Below are positions 1-7,532 of a stretch of 64,000 bases of DNA, one piece after another (position 1 is the first letter of the stretch; each line of letters begins with the position of its first letter). Made by a program: the position numbers and the translations under genes. The stretch spans positions 1,388 through 65,387 of the forward strand of contig JAFVQL010000078.1 of NCBI GenBank assembly GCA_017504785.1, in the 5' to 3' direction. The DNA comes from Clostridia bacterium. GTDB taxonomy: Bacteria > Bacillota > Clostridia > Oscillospirales > CAG-272. Under the pieces are notes generated by a model that was not told the origin of the DNA, made no database searches, and saw only the letters and a program-made list of their open reading frames with translations.

Positions 1-169
1 AATGACCTGTAATACTTGCTACATCAGCGACATCCCTTCGGGGGTAGGGGGATCAAAATCTCTACGACTTTCGCTTGTGAGACGGGCGAGGAGTCACACG
101 CGAAAAATCGGGAAATCAAGAGGGGGTATACCCCCACATTCAAGTTTTCAAGATATGAAAGGAGTTTTT

Positions 170-373
170 ATGACTATACACAGAATGCGCACCATCAACG
201 AATCGGTCGCGATTATTAAGGAAATGGACGAACAGTCCGCCATCACCGCAAACTGCATCCGTACTCTCTGCAAGGAAGGCAAGGTACACTGCGTTTTCAC
301 CGGCAAAAAGATCCTTGTGGATCTCGATGCACTAATTGCATTTTTATCAGGAAATTATCAAAAAACAGCTTGA
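170..373 (+). CDS. Excisionase-family (Xis-like) small HTH DNA-binding protein
   Basis: An in-frame ATG at 170 is preceded by AAAGGAG. The 67-aa product (MTIHRMRTINESVAIIKEMDEQSAITANCIRTLCKEGKVHCVFTGKKILVDLDALIAFL...) has the short excisionase-type HTH layout and sits directly upstream of the integrase. Codons 2-169 of the tracked ORF look non-coding. Confidence 0.55.
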   Translation: MTIHRMRTINESVAIIKEMDEQSAITANCIRTLCKEGKVHCVFTGKKILVDLDALIAFLSGNYQKTA

Positions 374-448
374 CTTTTGCAAACCTTTGTGGCTTCCTTT
401 GTTGTTGCCAAGGGCTTGCTATAACGACGACGAAACGGAGGATTTGAT

Positions 449-1843
449 ATGGCAACGATAACGAAACGAATGACGAAATCCGGTCCCACCTACCGCATAC
501 AGGTGAAACTCAAGGACAAAGGCAGCGGAAAGATGAATGTCTATTCCACCACATGGAAGCCGCAAATGGGAATGACGCCGAAGCAGATGGAGCGTGAGGT
601 GATCGTGTACGCGGATCAGTACGAAAACAATCTGCGCATGTCCCTCACGGCTGCAGGCGGCGATGGTGTATCACCGGACACCACGCTTGCCGATTATATG
701 AAATGGTGGCTGGAGCGCCGCAAAGAAGAATTGTCGGTCAGCTACTATGTCAACTGCCAATCCGCAATCACAGAAATAGCCGCCAGCATTGGCGGCTACA
801 AGCTGCGCGAGCTCAACCCGACGATCATACAGCGATTCTACGATGATCTCGACAGGCGCGAAAGAATTATCATTACGGTATGCGCCAAGCCGGAATTCCA
901 AGAAGCAGTTGACGCAGCGAGACGCGGAGAGCGCAAACTGAAACAGAAGTTGGATTATGACAGCGGGCCTCTGCTGGCAGCTCTGCGTGGCGATAACATC
1001 CGACTCGAACAGGCGGAAAAGATCGCAGAAAACTTCGGCTGCCGCACCACAGCACTGTTCAATGTGAAAAAGAAAAAGCAGCCATACGCCTACGAGACCA
1101 TGCACAAAATCAAGCGCACGTTGCGCGCGATTCTCTCGCATGCAAAGAAGCAGCGCCTCATCGTCGACAACTACGCTACCGCAGATTACATCGACTTCCC
1201 GAAGCGGCCGTCGAAGGAAATCGACTATATGAACGACGAAGACGCCAAGCTCTTCTACGCGACAGCGTTGGCGTATCCGGATGTGCGATGCAAAACGGCG
1301 GCGCTCATACTCCTGCTCACAGGCATCCGCCGCGGTGAGCTCTGCGGGCTGGAATGGTCGAATGTTGACCTCGATGAAGGAACGATCACCATAGAACGAT
1401 CAGTCACAACGGTAAAAGGCGTCGGCCTCGTGGAAAAGGATCCCAAGACCGAGAGCAGCAAGCGCGCCATCAGTATATCGGATAAGCTGGTGGCAATACT
1501 CATGGAGTACAAGGAATGGTACGATCAGTACAAATACGACGTCGGTGACCGATGGCACGAGACGAACAGGCTATTTATCTCGGAGGACGGAAAGGTCATG
1601 TATCCCGGCACGATATCATACTGGGTGCATAAGATCTGCGATCAAGCGGGGCTACCGCACAGAACAGTGCACTCGCTACGCCACACCAATATCACGATGC
1701 AGATCGCAGCAGGCGTCCCGCTGGTGACAGTCGCAGGCCGAGCAGGCCACGCGCGCACCAGCACCACAACCGACATATACAGCCACTTCTTAAAGAGCTC
1801 GGACAGAACGGCAGCAGAAAAGATCGAAGAACTGTTCGATTAA
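449..1843 (+). CDS. int: Tyrosine-type site-specific recombinase / phage-ICE integrase
   Basis: 464-aa ORF with a GGAG RBS. It has a basic N-terminal arm-binding-like domain. The C-terminal catalytic signature is present: ...GIRRGELCGLEW... and HSLRHTNITMQIAAGVPLVTVAGRAGHARTSTTTDIYSH (R, HxxR, Y arrangement). Confidence 0.9.
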   Translation: MATITKRMTKSGPTYRIQVKLKDKGSGKMNVYSTTWKPQMGMTPKQMEREVIVYADQYENNLRMSLTAAGGDGVSPDTTLADYMKWWLERRKEELSVSYYVNCQSAITEIAASIGGYKLRELNPTIIQRFYDDLDRRERIIITVCAKPEFQEAVDAARRGERKLKQKLDYDSGPLLAALRGDNIRLEQAEKIAENFGCRTTALFNVKKKKQPYAYETMHKIKRTLRAILSHAKKQRLIVDNYATADYIDFPKRPSKEIDYMNDEDAKLFYATALAYPDVRCKTAALILLLTGIRRGELCGLEWSNVDLDEGTITIERSVTTVKGVGLVEKDPKTESSKRAISISDKLVAILMEYKEWYDQYKYDVGDRWHETNRLFISEDGKVMYPGTISYWVHKICDQAGLPHRTVHSLRHTNITMQIAAGVPLVTVAGRAGHARTSTTTDIYSHFLKSSDRTAAEKIEELFD

Positions 1844-1853
1844 CATACAAAAA

Positions 1854-1882
1854 CGGGCGAGGATCATTGCGATCTTCGCCCG
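1854..1882 (+). terminator. Weak hairpin downstream of int
   Basis: GGGCGAGGATC-ATTGC-GATCTTCGCCC, an 11-bp stem with one mismatch. There is no clear T-run, so terminator function is uncertain. Confidence 0.3.
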
Positions 1883-1921
1883 TTAAACTTTAGCATTTTG
1901 TTATTCATTTGTCGGATTGTG

Positions 1922-1950
1922 TTGAAAAAGTCATAAATTTATTGTATAAT
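1922..1950 (+). promoter_or_regulatory. Sigma-A-type promoter for the orphan 461-aa gene
   Basis: TTGAAA (1922-1927), a 17-nt spacer, then TATAAT (1945-1950), about 30 nt upstream of the ATG at 1982. Confidence 0.5.
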
Positions 1951-1981
1951 ATTATAAAGAACAGCGCGAGGAGAATTTGGT

Positions 1982-3367
1982 ATGACGCTTGAAGAAAAAA
2001 TACTTAAAATAAATGTGCCCTCTGTTTCAGAGTTACCTAATGTTGGATCGCTTCCTGCAGGGACTGCCGCTACTATTGAGGATTTCTTTGAAACGTTTGT
2101 TAGAGATAGATTGCCGGAACGTGATGTGATTAAGCACTGGCATAAACTTTTGATGGACTATACGAGTGATCTAACAAAATTGAGTTGTTGCGTCAGATTC
2201 GGAAACAATGGTACCGATAAAGCATCGAGCAGCGGCGAAAAAGGTTATTATAAGCTGAGGAGAGGCTGGTTAACCCAAAATGACCGTGATGACTTCGAAT
2301 ACTTTTTTGCCGACAACTTCTTTTCCTCGTTCATTTATAAGTTGGCTTTAGATGGGGTAAAACCATCAGTTGCAGAGGTGGGCAGTCTTTTTAGGCAGCA
2401 CAAATTTCCGTACGGTTTTGGCTTTTTGATAGACAAAAAAGTTAATGAGTACAAAGGCGTAGTTGTTGCCGTTGCCAAGGAGCCCGGCTTTCTTGGAAAT
2501 TATAAATTGTCCCATGTATTTGACTCTGGCGAATTTTTTGACATTGGCGGTAGAATGTACGGTGACGCCAGCTTAACAGAAAAACATTTTCCGATCGGTC
2601 ACAGCAATGATTTTTTGAAAAACAGTGACCGTATACGTAGAATGCATATTTCGGATGAATCAAAAGCAGTTATTGTCGCTAAATTTTTAAGATTTGCACA
2701 TCCGTTTAATTATTTTTTAACACCGGCTAAAACAAGGCATGTTTGCGGTCAGCCAGTTTATAAAAAAGATATTGGCGAAGATCCCCGTATGATTAGCTAC
2801 GTAAGGCAATATTTAGAGAAAGAATACCCGGACGAGTATAGTGAATTCGTGAGCAAAATAATGTGGTATGAAGATCCACACGCTGTCGCAGCAACTGGAA
2901 AAGAGCGCATAGATATTACATACGGTATGGATGCCGCTAAGACATCTTCCGTTACGCCTGCACCGGCAGCTAAAAAAACTGTGACGGTTGCTCCCAAGAC
3001 CAGTACCACTACATTACCCAAAGTGCCAATTGACCTAACAAAACTTACGAGAGCTTATTTAGAAACATTTAAGGTCGGAGAAATTGCCAATCAAGTTTTA
3101 CGAGCTATATTAGCGAGTGGAAAAGTACCCAAAAACACGGTGGATGCTTGGAAAACGGTGAGTGGAAGCAAAGCAACGTTTGGATTAAGTGATCCAATTT
3201 TAGGTTATTCCAGAAAAGACTCAAAAGGCTATAACAGATACTATGACAACACGCTCAATTTGTACGGTGAAGATTTGTATCTTTGCAGCCAATGGAAGAT
3301 CAATCACAAAGCGCGCCTAATTACATGGATCCTCAATTGGATCGCTGCCAACGGCGGTAAAATTTAA
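1982..3367 (+). CDS. Hypothetical two-domain protein (island cargo, no family recognised)
   Basis: 461-aa ORF with AT-rich codon usage unlike its neighbours and its own promoter and terminator. It has an N-terminal domain of about 300 aa, an Ala/Pro/Thr-rich linker (about aa 315-345) and a C-terminal domain of about 115 aa ending ...NRYYDNTLNLYGEDLYLCSQWKINHKARLITWILNW. No signal peptide or TM segment is visible. Confidence 0.8.
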   Translation: MTLEEKILKINVPSVSELPNVGSLPAGTAATIEDFFETFVRDRLPERDVIKHWHKLLMDYTSDLTKLSCCVRFGNNGTDKASSSGEKGYYKLRRGWLTQNDRDDFEYFFADNFFSSFIYKLALDGVKPSVAEVGSLFRQHKFPYGFGFLIDKKVNEYKGVVVAVAKEPGFLGNYKLSHVFDSGEFFDIGGRMYGDASLTEKHFPIGHSNDFLKNSDRIRRMHISDESKAVIVAKFLRFAHPFNYFLTPAKTRHVCGQPVYKKDIGEDPRMISYVRQYLEKEYPDEYSEFVSKIMWYEDPHAVAATGKERIDITYGMDAAKTSSVTPAPAAKKTVTVAPKTSTTTLPKVPIDLTKLTRAYLETFKVGEIANQVLRAILASGKVPKNTVDAWKTVSGSKATFGLSDPILGYSRKDSKGYNRYYDNTLNLYGEDLYLCSQWKINHKARLITWILNWIAANGGKI

Positions 3368-3380
3368 TTACACGTAAAAA

Positions 3381-3407
3381 GCCGGCAGCGTGTGCTGTCG
3401 GCTTTTT
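3381..3407. terminator. Bidirectional intrinsic terminator between the cargo gene and tRNA-Arg
   Basis: GCCGGCAGC-GTGT-GCTGTCGGC has a 9-bp stem with one mismatch. It is flanked by AAAAA (5') and TTTTT (3'), so it can terminate both the + strand gene and the - strand tRNA transcript. Confidence 0.7.
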
Positions 3408-3481
3408 GGCACCCCCGGCGGGAATCGAACCCACGACTAATCCTTAGGAGGGACTTGTAATATCCACTTTACTACGGAGGC
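3407..3481 (-). tRNA. tRNA-Arg (anticodon CCT)
   Basis: The reverse complement reads GCCTCCG TA GTAA AGTGGATA TTAC A AGTCC CTCCTAA GGATT AGTC GTGGG TTCGATT CCCGC CGGGGGT G CCA. It has a 7-bp acceptor stem (two G-U pairs), a 4-bp D stem with GG in the loop, a 5-bp anticodon stem, anticodon CCT, a canonical T-loop and an encoded CCA. Confidence 0.85.
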
Positions 3482-3660
3482 AAATTATGAAATTTATAGA
3501 AGATGCTTGAAGCACGCCTATCCCTTAAAAATCACCAAAAAGGTGCCGCAGGGCACCAAATAGGGTGCCAAATTTCCTGTGGTGTCAAGGCAAGGTCGCG
3601 TTTTCGCCGTTTTCCTCGCTTTTTCTCGCGTTTGCTCGGTTGATATGAGGCGAGAGCTAA

Positions 3661-4215
3661 CCCTTAGGAGGGGTTTATTATATTCCGCAACCGTCGCATA
3701 TTCGTTGATTGTCGGGCTAAAGCCCTTCGCCAACTCATTGCTTTGGGTTGTCTCGCGTTGCGAAAACAACACTTAGTTGTTTTCACTTGCTCGCATTTAA
3801 TATGCAGGCAAGTATTCAATTAAAAAGTTAGTTCCCTTAGGAGGGGTTTATTATATTCCGCAACCGTCGCATATTCGTTGATTGTCGGGCTAAAGCCCTT
3901 CGCCAACTCATTGCTTGGGGTTGTCTCGCGTTGCGAAAACAACACTCAGTTGTTTTCACTTGCTCGCATTTAATATGCAGGCAAGTATTCAATTAAAAAG
4001 TTAGTTCCCTTAGGAGGGGTTTATTATATTCCGCAACCGTCGCATATTCGTTGATTGTCGGGCTAAAGCCCTTCGCCAACGCATTGCTTGGGGTTGTCTC
4101 GCGTTGCGAAAACAACACTCAGTTGTTTTCGCTTGCTCGCATTTAATATGCAGGCAAATATGAAATTATAAAAACAACACGCAGTTGTTTTCGCTTATTC
4201 GCATTTAACAATTTA
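3661..4215. repeat. 173-bp tandem repeat, about 3.2 copies, non-coding
   Basis: The units are 3661-3833, 3834-4006 (only 2 mismatches between these two) and 4007 to about 4165 (a few substitutions, with a diverging tail). A partial extra copy of the hairpin segment lies at about 4171-4215. Each unit carries a hairpin GCGAAAACAAC-ACTCA-GTTGTTTTC(A/G)C and a small GGGC-TAAA-GCCC hairpin. All frames are closed and there are no unique spacers. Confidence 0.9.
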
Positions 4216-4347
4216 ACTTCGCAGGGATCTCGCGTGTAGTTTTAAAAAAAGCGCATACAATAAAATTACCAAACAATATTTTATCACAAAAAAAGCAAAA
4301 AGTCAATCGGAATATAGAGAAAAAGAAAAACTGCATGCAGATTTTTC

Positions 4348-4376
4348 TTGACGGTGTGCGCGGGTTGTGGTAGAAT
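4348..4376 (+). promoter_or_regulatory. Sigma-A-type promoter (extended -10) for the pfkB-family gene
   Basis: TTGACG (4348-4353), a 17-nt spacer ending in TGG, then TAGAAT (4371-4376). Confidence 0.5.
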
Positions 4377-4412
4377 AAAGAAAAAAGCGTATCAGGAGAA
4401 GGAAAACCGCCA

Positions 4413-5339
4413 ATGAACGTTATAACGCTGACCTTGAATCCCGCATTTGATCTGCATTGCTATGCGGATGCCTTCGTGCCGTACCACGAGAACGTTTTTG
4501 ATATCACCGCCAAGGATGCGGGCGGCAAGGGGATCAACGTGTCGCGTGCGCTTGCGAAAAACGGCGTGAAAAATCTCGCGGTTTGCGTGCTTGGGCGCGA
4601 AAACGGCGGAGAATTTCTTAAAAGCCTTGAAAGCGAGGGGCTTGCGGTCAATGCGGTATACACCGAGGGGCGCATTCGCGAAAATATCACCCTGCATGAA
4701 AAAGAAAGGGCAGAAACGCGCATCAGCTTCAAGGGCTTTTCTATGTGCGAGAGCGCGCTTGCTAAGGTGCGTGAGGCGATGGGAACGAATCTTTCGGGAA
4801 GCGCCGTCGTGTTTGCGGGAAGTGCGCCCGCGGGCGTTTCGGAGAGTGCCTTGGTTGCCTTTCTTCAGGACTTAAAAAACGCGGGTGCTTCGCTCGTGAT
4901 CGATTCGCGCTCGCTTTCCATCGCGGCGATCGCGGCGCTTCGCCCGATGCTGATCAAGCCGAACAAGCACGAGGCGGAAGGTGCGCTCGGTATAAAGATC
5001 GTAAATATAGAGGACGGTGCGCGCGCGGCGAAGGCACTGCGCGAAAAGGGGATCGAAAACGTGCTTTTGAGCCTCGGCGCAGAGGGCGCGATCCTTTCTT
5101 GCCCATCGGGCACGTATTACGCATCCGCACCCGAAATAGAAGTGCTTTCCACGGTCGGTGCAGGGGATAGCACCCTCGCGGGCTTCCTTTTTGCAAAGGC
5201 CGCCGGCTGTAAGGACGAAGAGATCCTTGCCCGTGCCGTGGCGTTCGGAAGTGCCGCTTGTATGCTTGCGGGCACAGCCGCGCCGCTAACCGAGGATATA
5301 GAAAAGCTCCGAAAGAAAATTTCGGTGAAAACGGTATGA
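4413..5339 (+). CDS. PfkB-family hexose-phosphate kinase (1-phosphofructokinase / tagatose-6-phosphate kinase-like)
   Basis: 308 aa. The N-terminus MNVITLTLNPAFDLH is typical of the FruK/LacC group. It also has GGKGINVSRAL and the C-terminal GAGDSTLAGFL ATP-binding motif. The RBS is AGGAGAAGGA. Confidence 0.85.
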   Translation: MNVITLTLNPAFDLHCYADAFVPYHENVFDITAKDAGGKGINVSRALAKNGVKNLAVCVLGRENGGEFLKSLESEGLAVNAVYTEGRIRENITLHEKERAETRISFKGFSMCESALAKVREAMGTNLSGSAVVFAGSAPAGVSESALVAFLQDLKNAGASLVIDSRSLSIAAIAALRPMLIKPNKHEAEGALGIKIVNIEDGARAAKALREKGIENVLLSLGAEGAILSCPSGTYYASAPEIEVLSTVGAGDSTLAGFLFAKAAGCKDEEILARAVAFGSAACMLAGTAAPLTEDIEKLRKKISVKTV

Positions 5340-5516
5340 TCTCGGAAAAATATCCAAGAAAATGTCGGGAAAAATATGAAAGTATTTGTTTTATACCATA
5401 ACGGAACGAATTTTTAGCCATCTCCTTTGCCCGTTTTTCTCCGTGCTTGTAAAAAATGCTGCTGCTTTTTCCTTTTTGCAAGCGCGTGAAAAATAATCCA
5501 AGGGAGAGCGCCACGC

Positions 5517-5579
5517 GGCGTCGGCTACCTCGCGGATCGGCATATTGCCGAACGGCAAGAGGTCGCCGACGTCTTTTTT
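5517..5579 (+). terminator. Putative intrinsic terminator downstream of the pfkB-family gene
   Basis: GGCGTCGGC (5517-5525) pairs with GCCGACGTC (5565-5573) around a structured loop and is followed by TTTTTT. Confidence 0.5.
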
Positions 5580-5612
5580 ATAAATAAAAATATAAAAAAT
5601 TGAAAATTCCTA

Positions 5613-5641
5613 TTGACTTTTGCGCTTTAGCGTGATAAACT
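5613..5641 (+). promoter_or_regulatory. Sigma-A-type promoter of the yerC-his operon
   Basis: TTGACT (5613-5618), a 17-nt spacer, then TAAACT (5636-5641), about 28 nt upstream of the yerC-like ATG. Confidence 0.45.
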
Positions 5642-5669
5642 ATTAAAGAACAAAAGCGAGGAGGTCATC

Positions 5670-5963
5670 ATGAAGGAGTTTTATTTGGAAAAATATGATG
5701 GATTTTTCGAGGCAATCTGCAAGCTTACAAGCCTGGAGGATTGCCGTAAATTCTTTGAGGACGTTTGCACCATCAAGGAAATAGAGGATATGAGCGGCCG
5801 CTTGGACGTTGCCCGTCTTCTCTGCGAGGGGAAGAGCTATCAGGAGGTTTCGAGGCTGACGGGGGCAAGCACCGCAACCATCAGCCGTGTCAATAAATGC
5901 CTGAACTACGGCGCGGGCGGCTATGCGCTCGTGCTGGATACGGAGGAGAAGGCGAATGGATAA
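5670..5963 (+). CDS. yerC: TrpR-related YerC/YecD-family DNA-binding protein (probable histidine-operon regulator)
   Basis: 97 aa. The sequence ...CKLTSLEDCRKFFEDVCTIKEIEDMSGRLDVARLLCEGKSYQEVSRLTGASTATISRVNKCLNYG matches the YerC/TrpR-like fold signature. The stop overlaps the hisZ start. Confidence 0.8.
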   Translation: MKEFYLEKYDGFFEAICKLTSLEDCRKFFEDVCTIKEIEDMSGRLDVARLLCEGKSYQEVSRLTGASTATISRVNKCLNYGAGGYALVLDTEEKANG

Positions 5964-6900
5964 TATTTTGTCGATCATGTCCTCCGAGGAGCGCGCGGCG
6001 TTTTCGCTTTGCGCGCTGTACGAGAGCGCGGGCTATCAAAAATACCGTATGAGCAAGTTTGAGGAATACGCGCTCTACGTGCAAAACAAGGATTTCCTCG
6101 TTTCGGAAAACGTCATCACCTTCACGGATACGGACGGAAAGCTCCTTGCCCTGAAGCCGGACGTAACGCTTTCCATCATTAAAAATACCCGCACGCAAAG
6201 CGGCGTGATGAAGGTATATTATAAGGAAAACATTTACCGCGTTTCCGGTAGCACAAAGAGCTTTAAGGAACTGATGCAGGCAGGCCTTGAATGTCTTGGC
6301 GAGGTAACGACCGAGACCGTGATCGAGGTGCTCTCGCTTGCGAAAAAGAGCCTTGACTATATCTCTTCCGAGAACGTGCTGGAGATCTCGCATTTGGATA
6401 TCGTTTCGGGCGTGCTTTCCGCTTGCTCTGTCAGCGAGCAGGGGCGCAGAGAGATCCTCATGTATCTCGGAGAAAAGAATGAGAGCGGTATGCGCGCGGT
6501 GGCTTTGCGCGAGGGCCTTTCGGCGGAAGCGGCGGCATGGATCTGCCGTTTGGTAACGCTGTACGACGCACCCGAGAAGGTTCTTCCCGCACTGGATGCG
6601 CTTGCCCTCACCCCCGCGCTTCGCGCCGCGATCGAGGAGCTTCGCGCCATCGTTGCAGGCCTTCGGGCACTCGGCATTTCGGATAAGCTCATCATCGACT
6701 TCTCGGTGGTGAACGATATGAATTATTATAACGGCATTGCGTTCAAGGGCTTTGTCAACGGCGTTCCCGCGGGCGTGCTCTCGGGCGGCGAATACGATAG
6801 CCTCTTGAAGAAAATGAAGAAGAACGAGAAGGGCATTGGCTTTGCCGTGTATATGGATGAGCTTTCGAGGCTTGCGGATGCGAAAGGAGCAGGAAAGTGA
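5956..6900 (+). CDS. hisZ: ATP phosphoribosyltransferase regulatory subunit HisZ
   Basis: The ATG at 5956 overlaps the yerC stop. It is a HisRS-like paralog (MDNILSIMSSEERAAFSLCALYESAGYQKYRMSKFEEY...) directly followed by a short-form hisG. Its stop overlaps the hisG GTG (GTGA). Confidence 0.85.
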   Translation: MDNILSIMSSEERAAFSLCALYESAGYQKYRMSKFEEYALYVQNKDFLVSENVITFTDTDGKLLALKPDVTLSIIKNTRTQSGVMKVYYKENIYRVSGSTKSFKELMQAGLECLGEVTTETVIEVLSLAKKSLDYISSENVLEISHLDIVSGVLSACSVSEQGRREILMYLGEKNESGMRAVALREGLSAEAAAWICRLVTLYDAPEKVLPALDALALTPALRAAIEELRAIVAGLRALGISDKLIIDFSVVNDMNYYNGIAFKGFVNGVPAGVLSGGEYDSLLKKMKKNEKGIGFAVYMDELSRLADAKGAGK

Positions 6901-7532
6901 AACCGATTTTGAATATTGCTCTGCCGAAGGGCAGACTCGGCGAAAAGGTATACGCCATGTTTGAAAAGGCGGGCTTTGGCTGCCCCTCGATCCTTGAGGA
7001 GAGCCGCAAGCTGATTTTTGAAAACGAAGAGGCGGGCGTCCGCTATTTCTGGGTGAAGCCCTCGGACGTTGCGATCTACGTAGAGCGCGGCGCGGCGGAT
7101 ATAGGCGTTGCGGGCAAGGATATTCTTCTCGAATATGCGCCCGACGTGTATGAGCTTTTGGATCTGAAGCTCGGAAAATGCAGTATGTGTGTCGCGGCGA
7201 AAAAGGGCTTTGCGGATGACCGCAATCGCCCCCTGACCGTTGCCACCAAATTTACGAATATTGCCAAGACGCATTATGCCGCCGAGGGCAGAGATATTGA
7301 TATCATCCACCTGAACGGCTCGATCGAGATCGCGCCGATCCTCGGACTTTCGGACGTGATCGTGGATATCGTGGAGACCGGAACCACCCTGAAGGAAAAC
7401 GATCTTGAGGTCGTGGAGCGCTTCGTGCCGATCAGCGCGCGTCTGATCGCCAATAAATCCGGCTTTAAATTTAAAACAGAGAGAATCGAGCAGCTTCGCG
7501 AGAGCCTTGCGAAGCTTGTGGAGGAAATATGA
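6897..7532 (+). CDS. hisG: ATP phosphoribosyltransferase, short form
   Basis: 211 aa, MKPILNIALPKGRLGEKV... The short HisG type requires HisZ. The gene starts at a GTG and is translationally coupled on both sides. Confidence 0.9.
   Translation: MKPILNIALPKGRLGEKVYAMFEKAGFGCPSILEESRKLIFENEEAGVRYFWVKPSDVAIYVERGAADIGVAGKDILLEYAPDVYELLDLKLGKCSMCVAAKKGFADDRNRPLTVATKFTNIAKTHYAAEGRDIDIIHLNGSIEIAPILGLSDVIVDIVETGTTLKENDLEVVERFVPISARLIANKSGFKFKTERIEQLRESLAKLVEEI

Larger units (their letters stand above)
1..3406. mobile_element. Right-hand end of an integrative element/genomic island (xis-like, int, AT-rich cargo gene) next to tRNA-Arg; the left end lies outside the window
   Basis: An Xis-like gene and a tyrosine integrase are followed by a visibly AT-richer single-gene unit. 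The T-run of that unit's terminator abuts the 3' end of a tRNA gene, the classic island/tRNA arrangement. No direct repeat of the tRNA 3' part occurs in 1-3400, so the other junction is upstream of the window. The right boundary could be anywhere from about 1890 to inside the tRNA and cannot be fixed here. Confidence 0.5.

Noticed and set aside
2-169. N-terminal 56 codons of the tracked ORF 2-373
   Set aside because: The sequence is Ser/Arg/Gly-rich with no RBS at the window edge. An internal ATG at 170 with AAAGGAG gives a product of the normal size for an excisionase.
3518-3776. ORFs 3518-3772 (-) and 3579-3776 (+) between the tRNA and the tandem repeat
   Set aside because: Both run into the first repeat unit, have no RBS, and their frames are closed in the other, nearly identical units. 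They are most likely non-coding.
3661-4215. Possible CRISPR array
   Set aside because: The period is 173 bp and whole units are near-identical. There are no short direct repeats separated by unique spacers, and no cas genes are in the window.
4954-5514. 186-aa - strand ORF overlapping the 3' end of the pfkB-family gene and the following spacer
   Set aside because: The product is basic, Arg/Ser/Pro-rich and low in complexity. It overlaps the well-supported kinase gene, and nothing supports expression.
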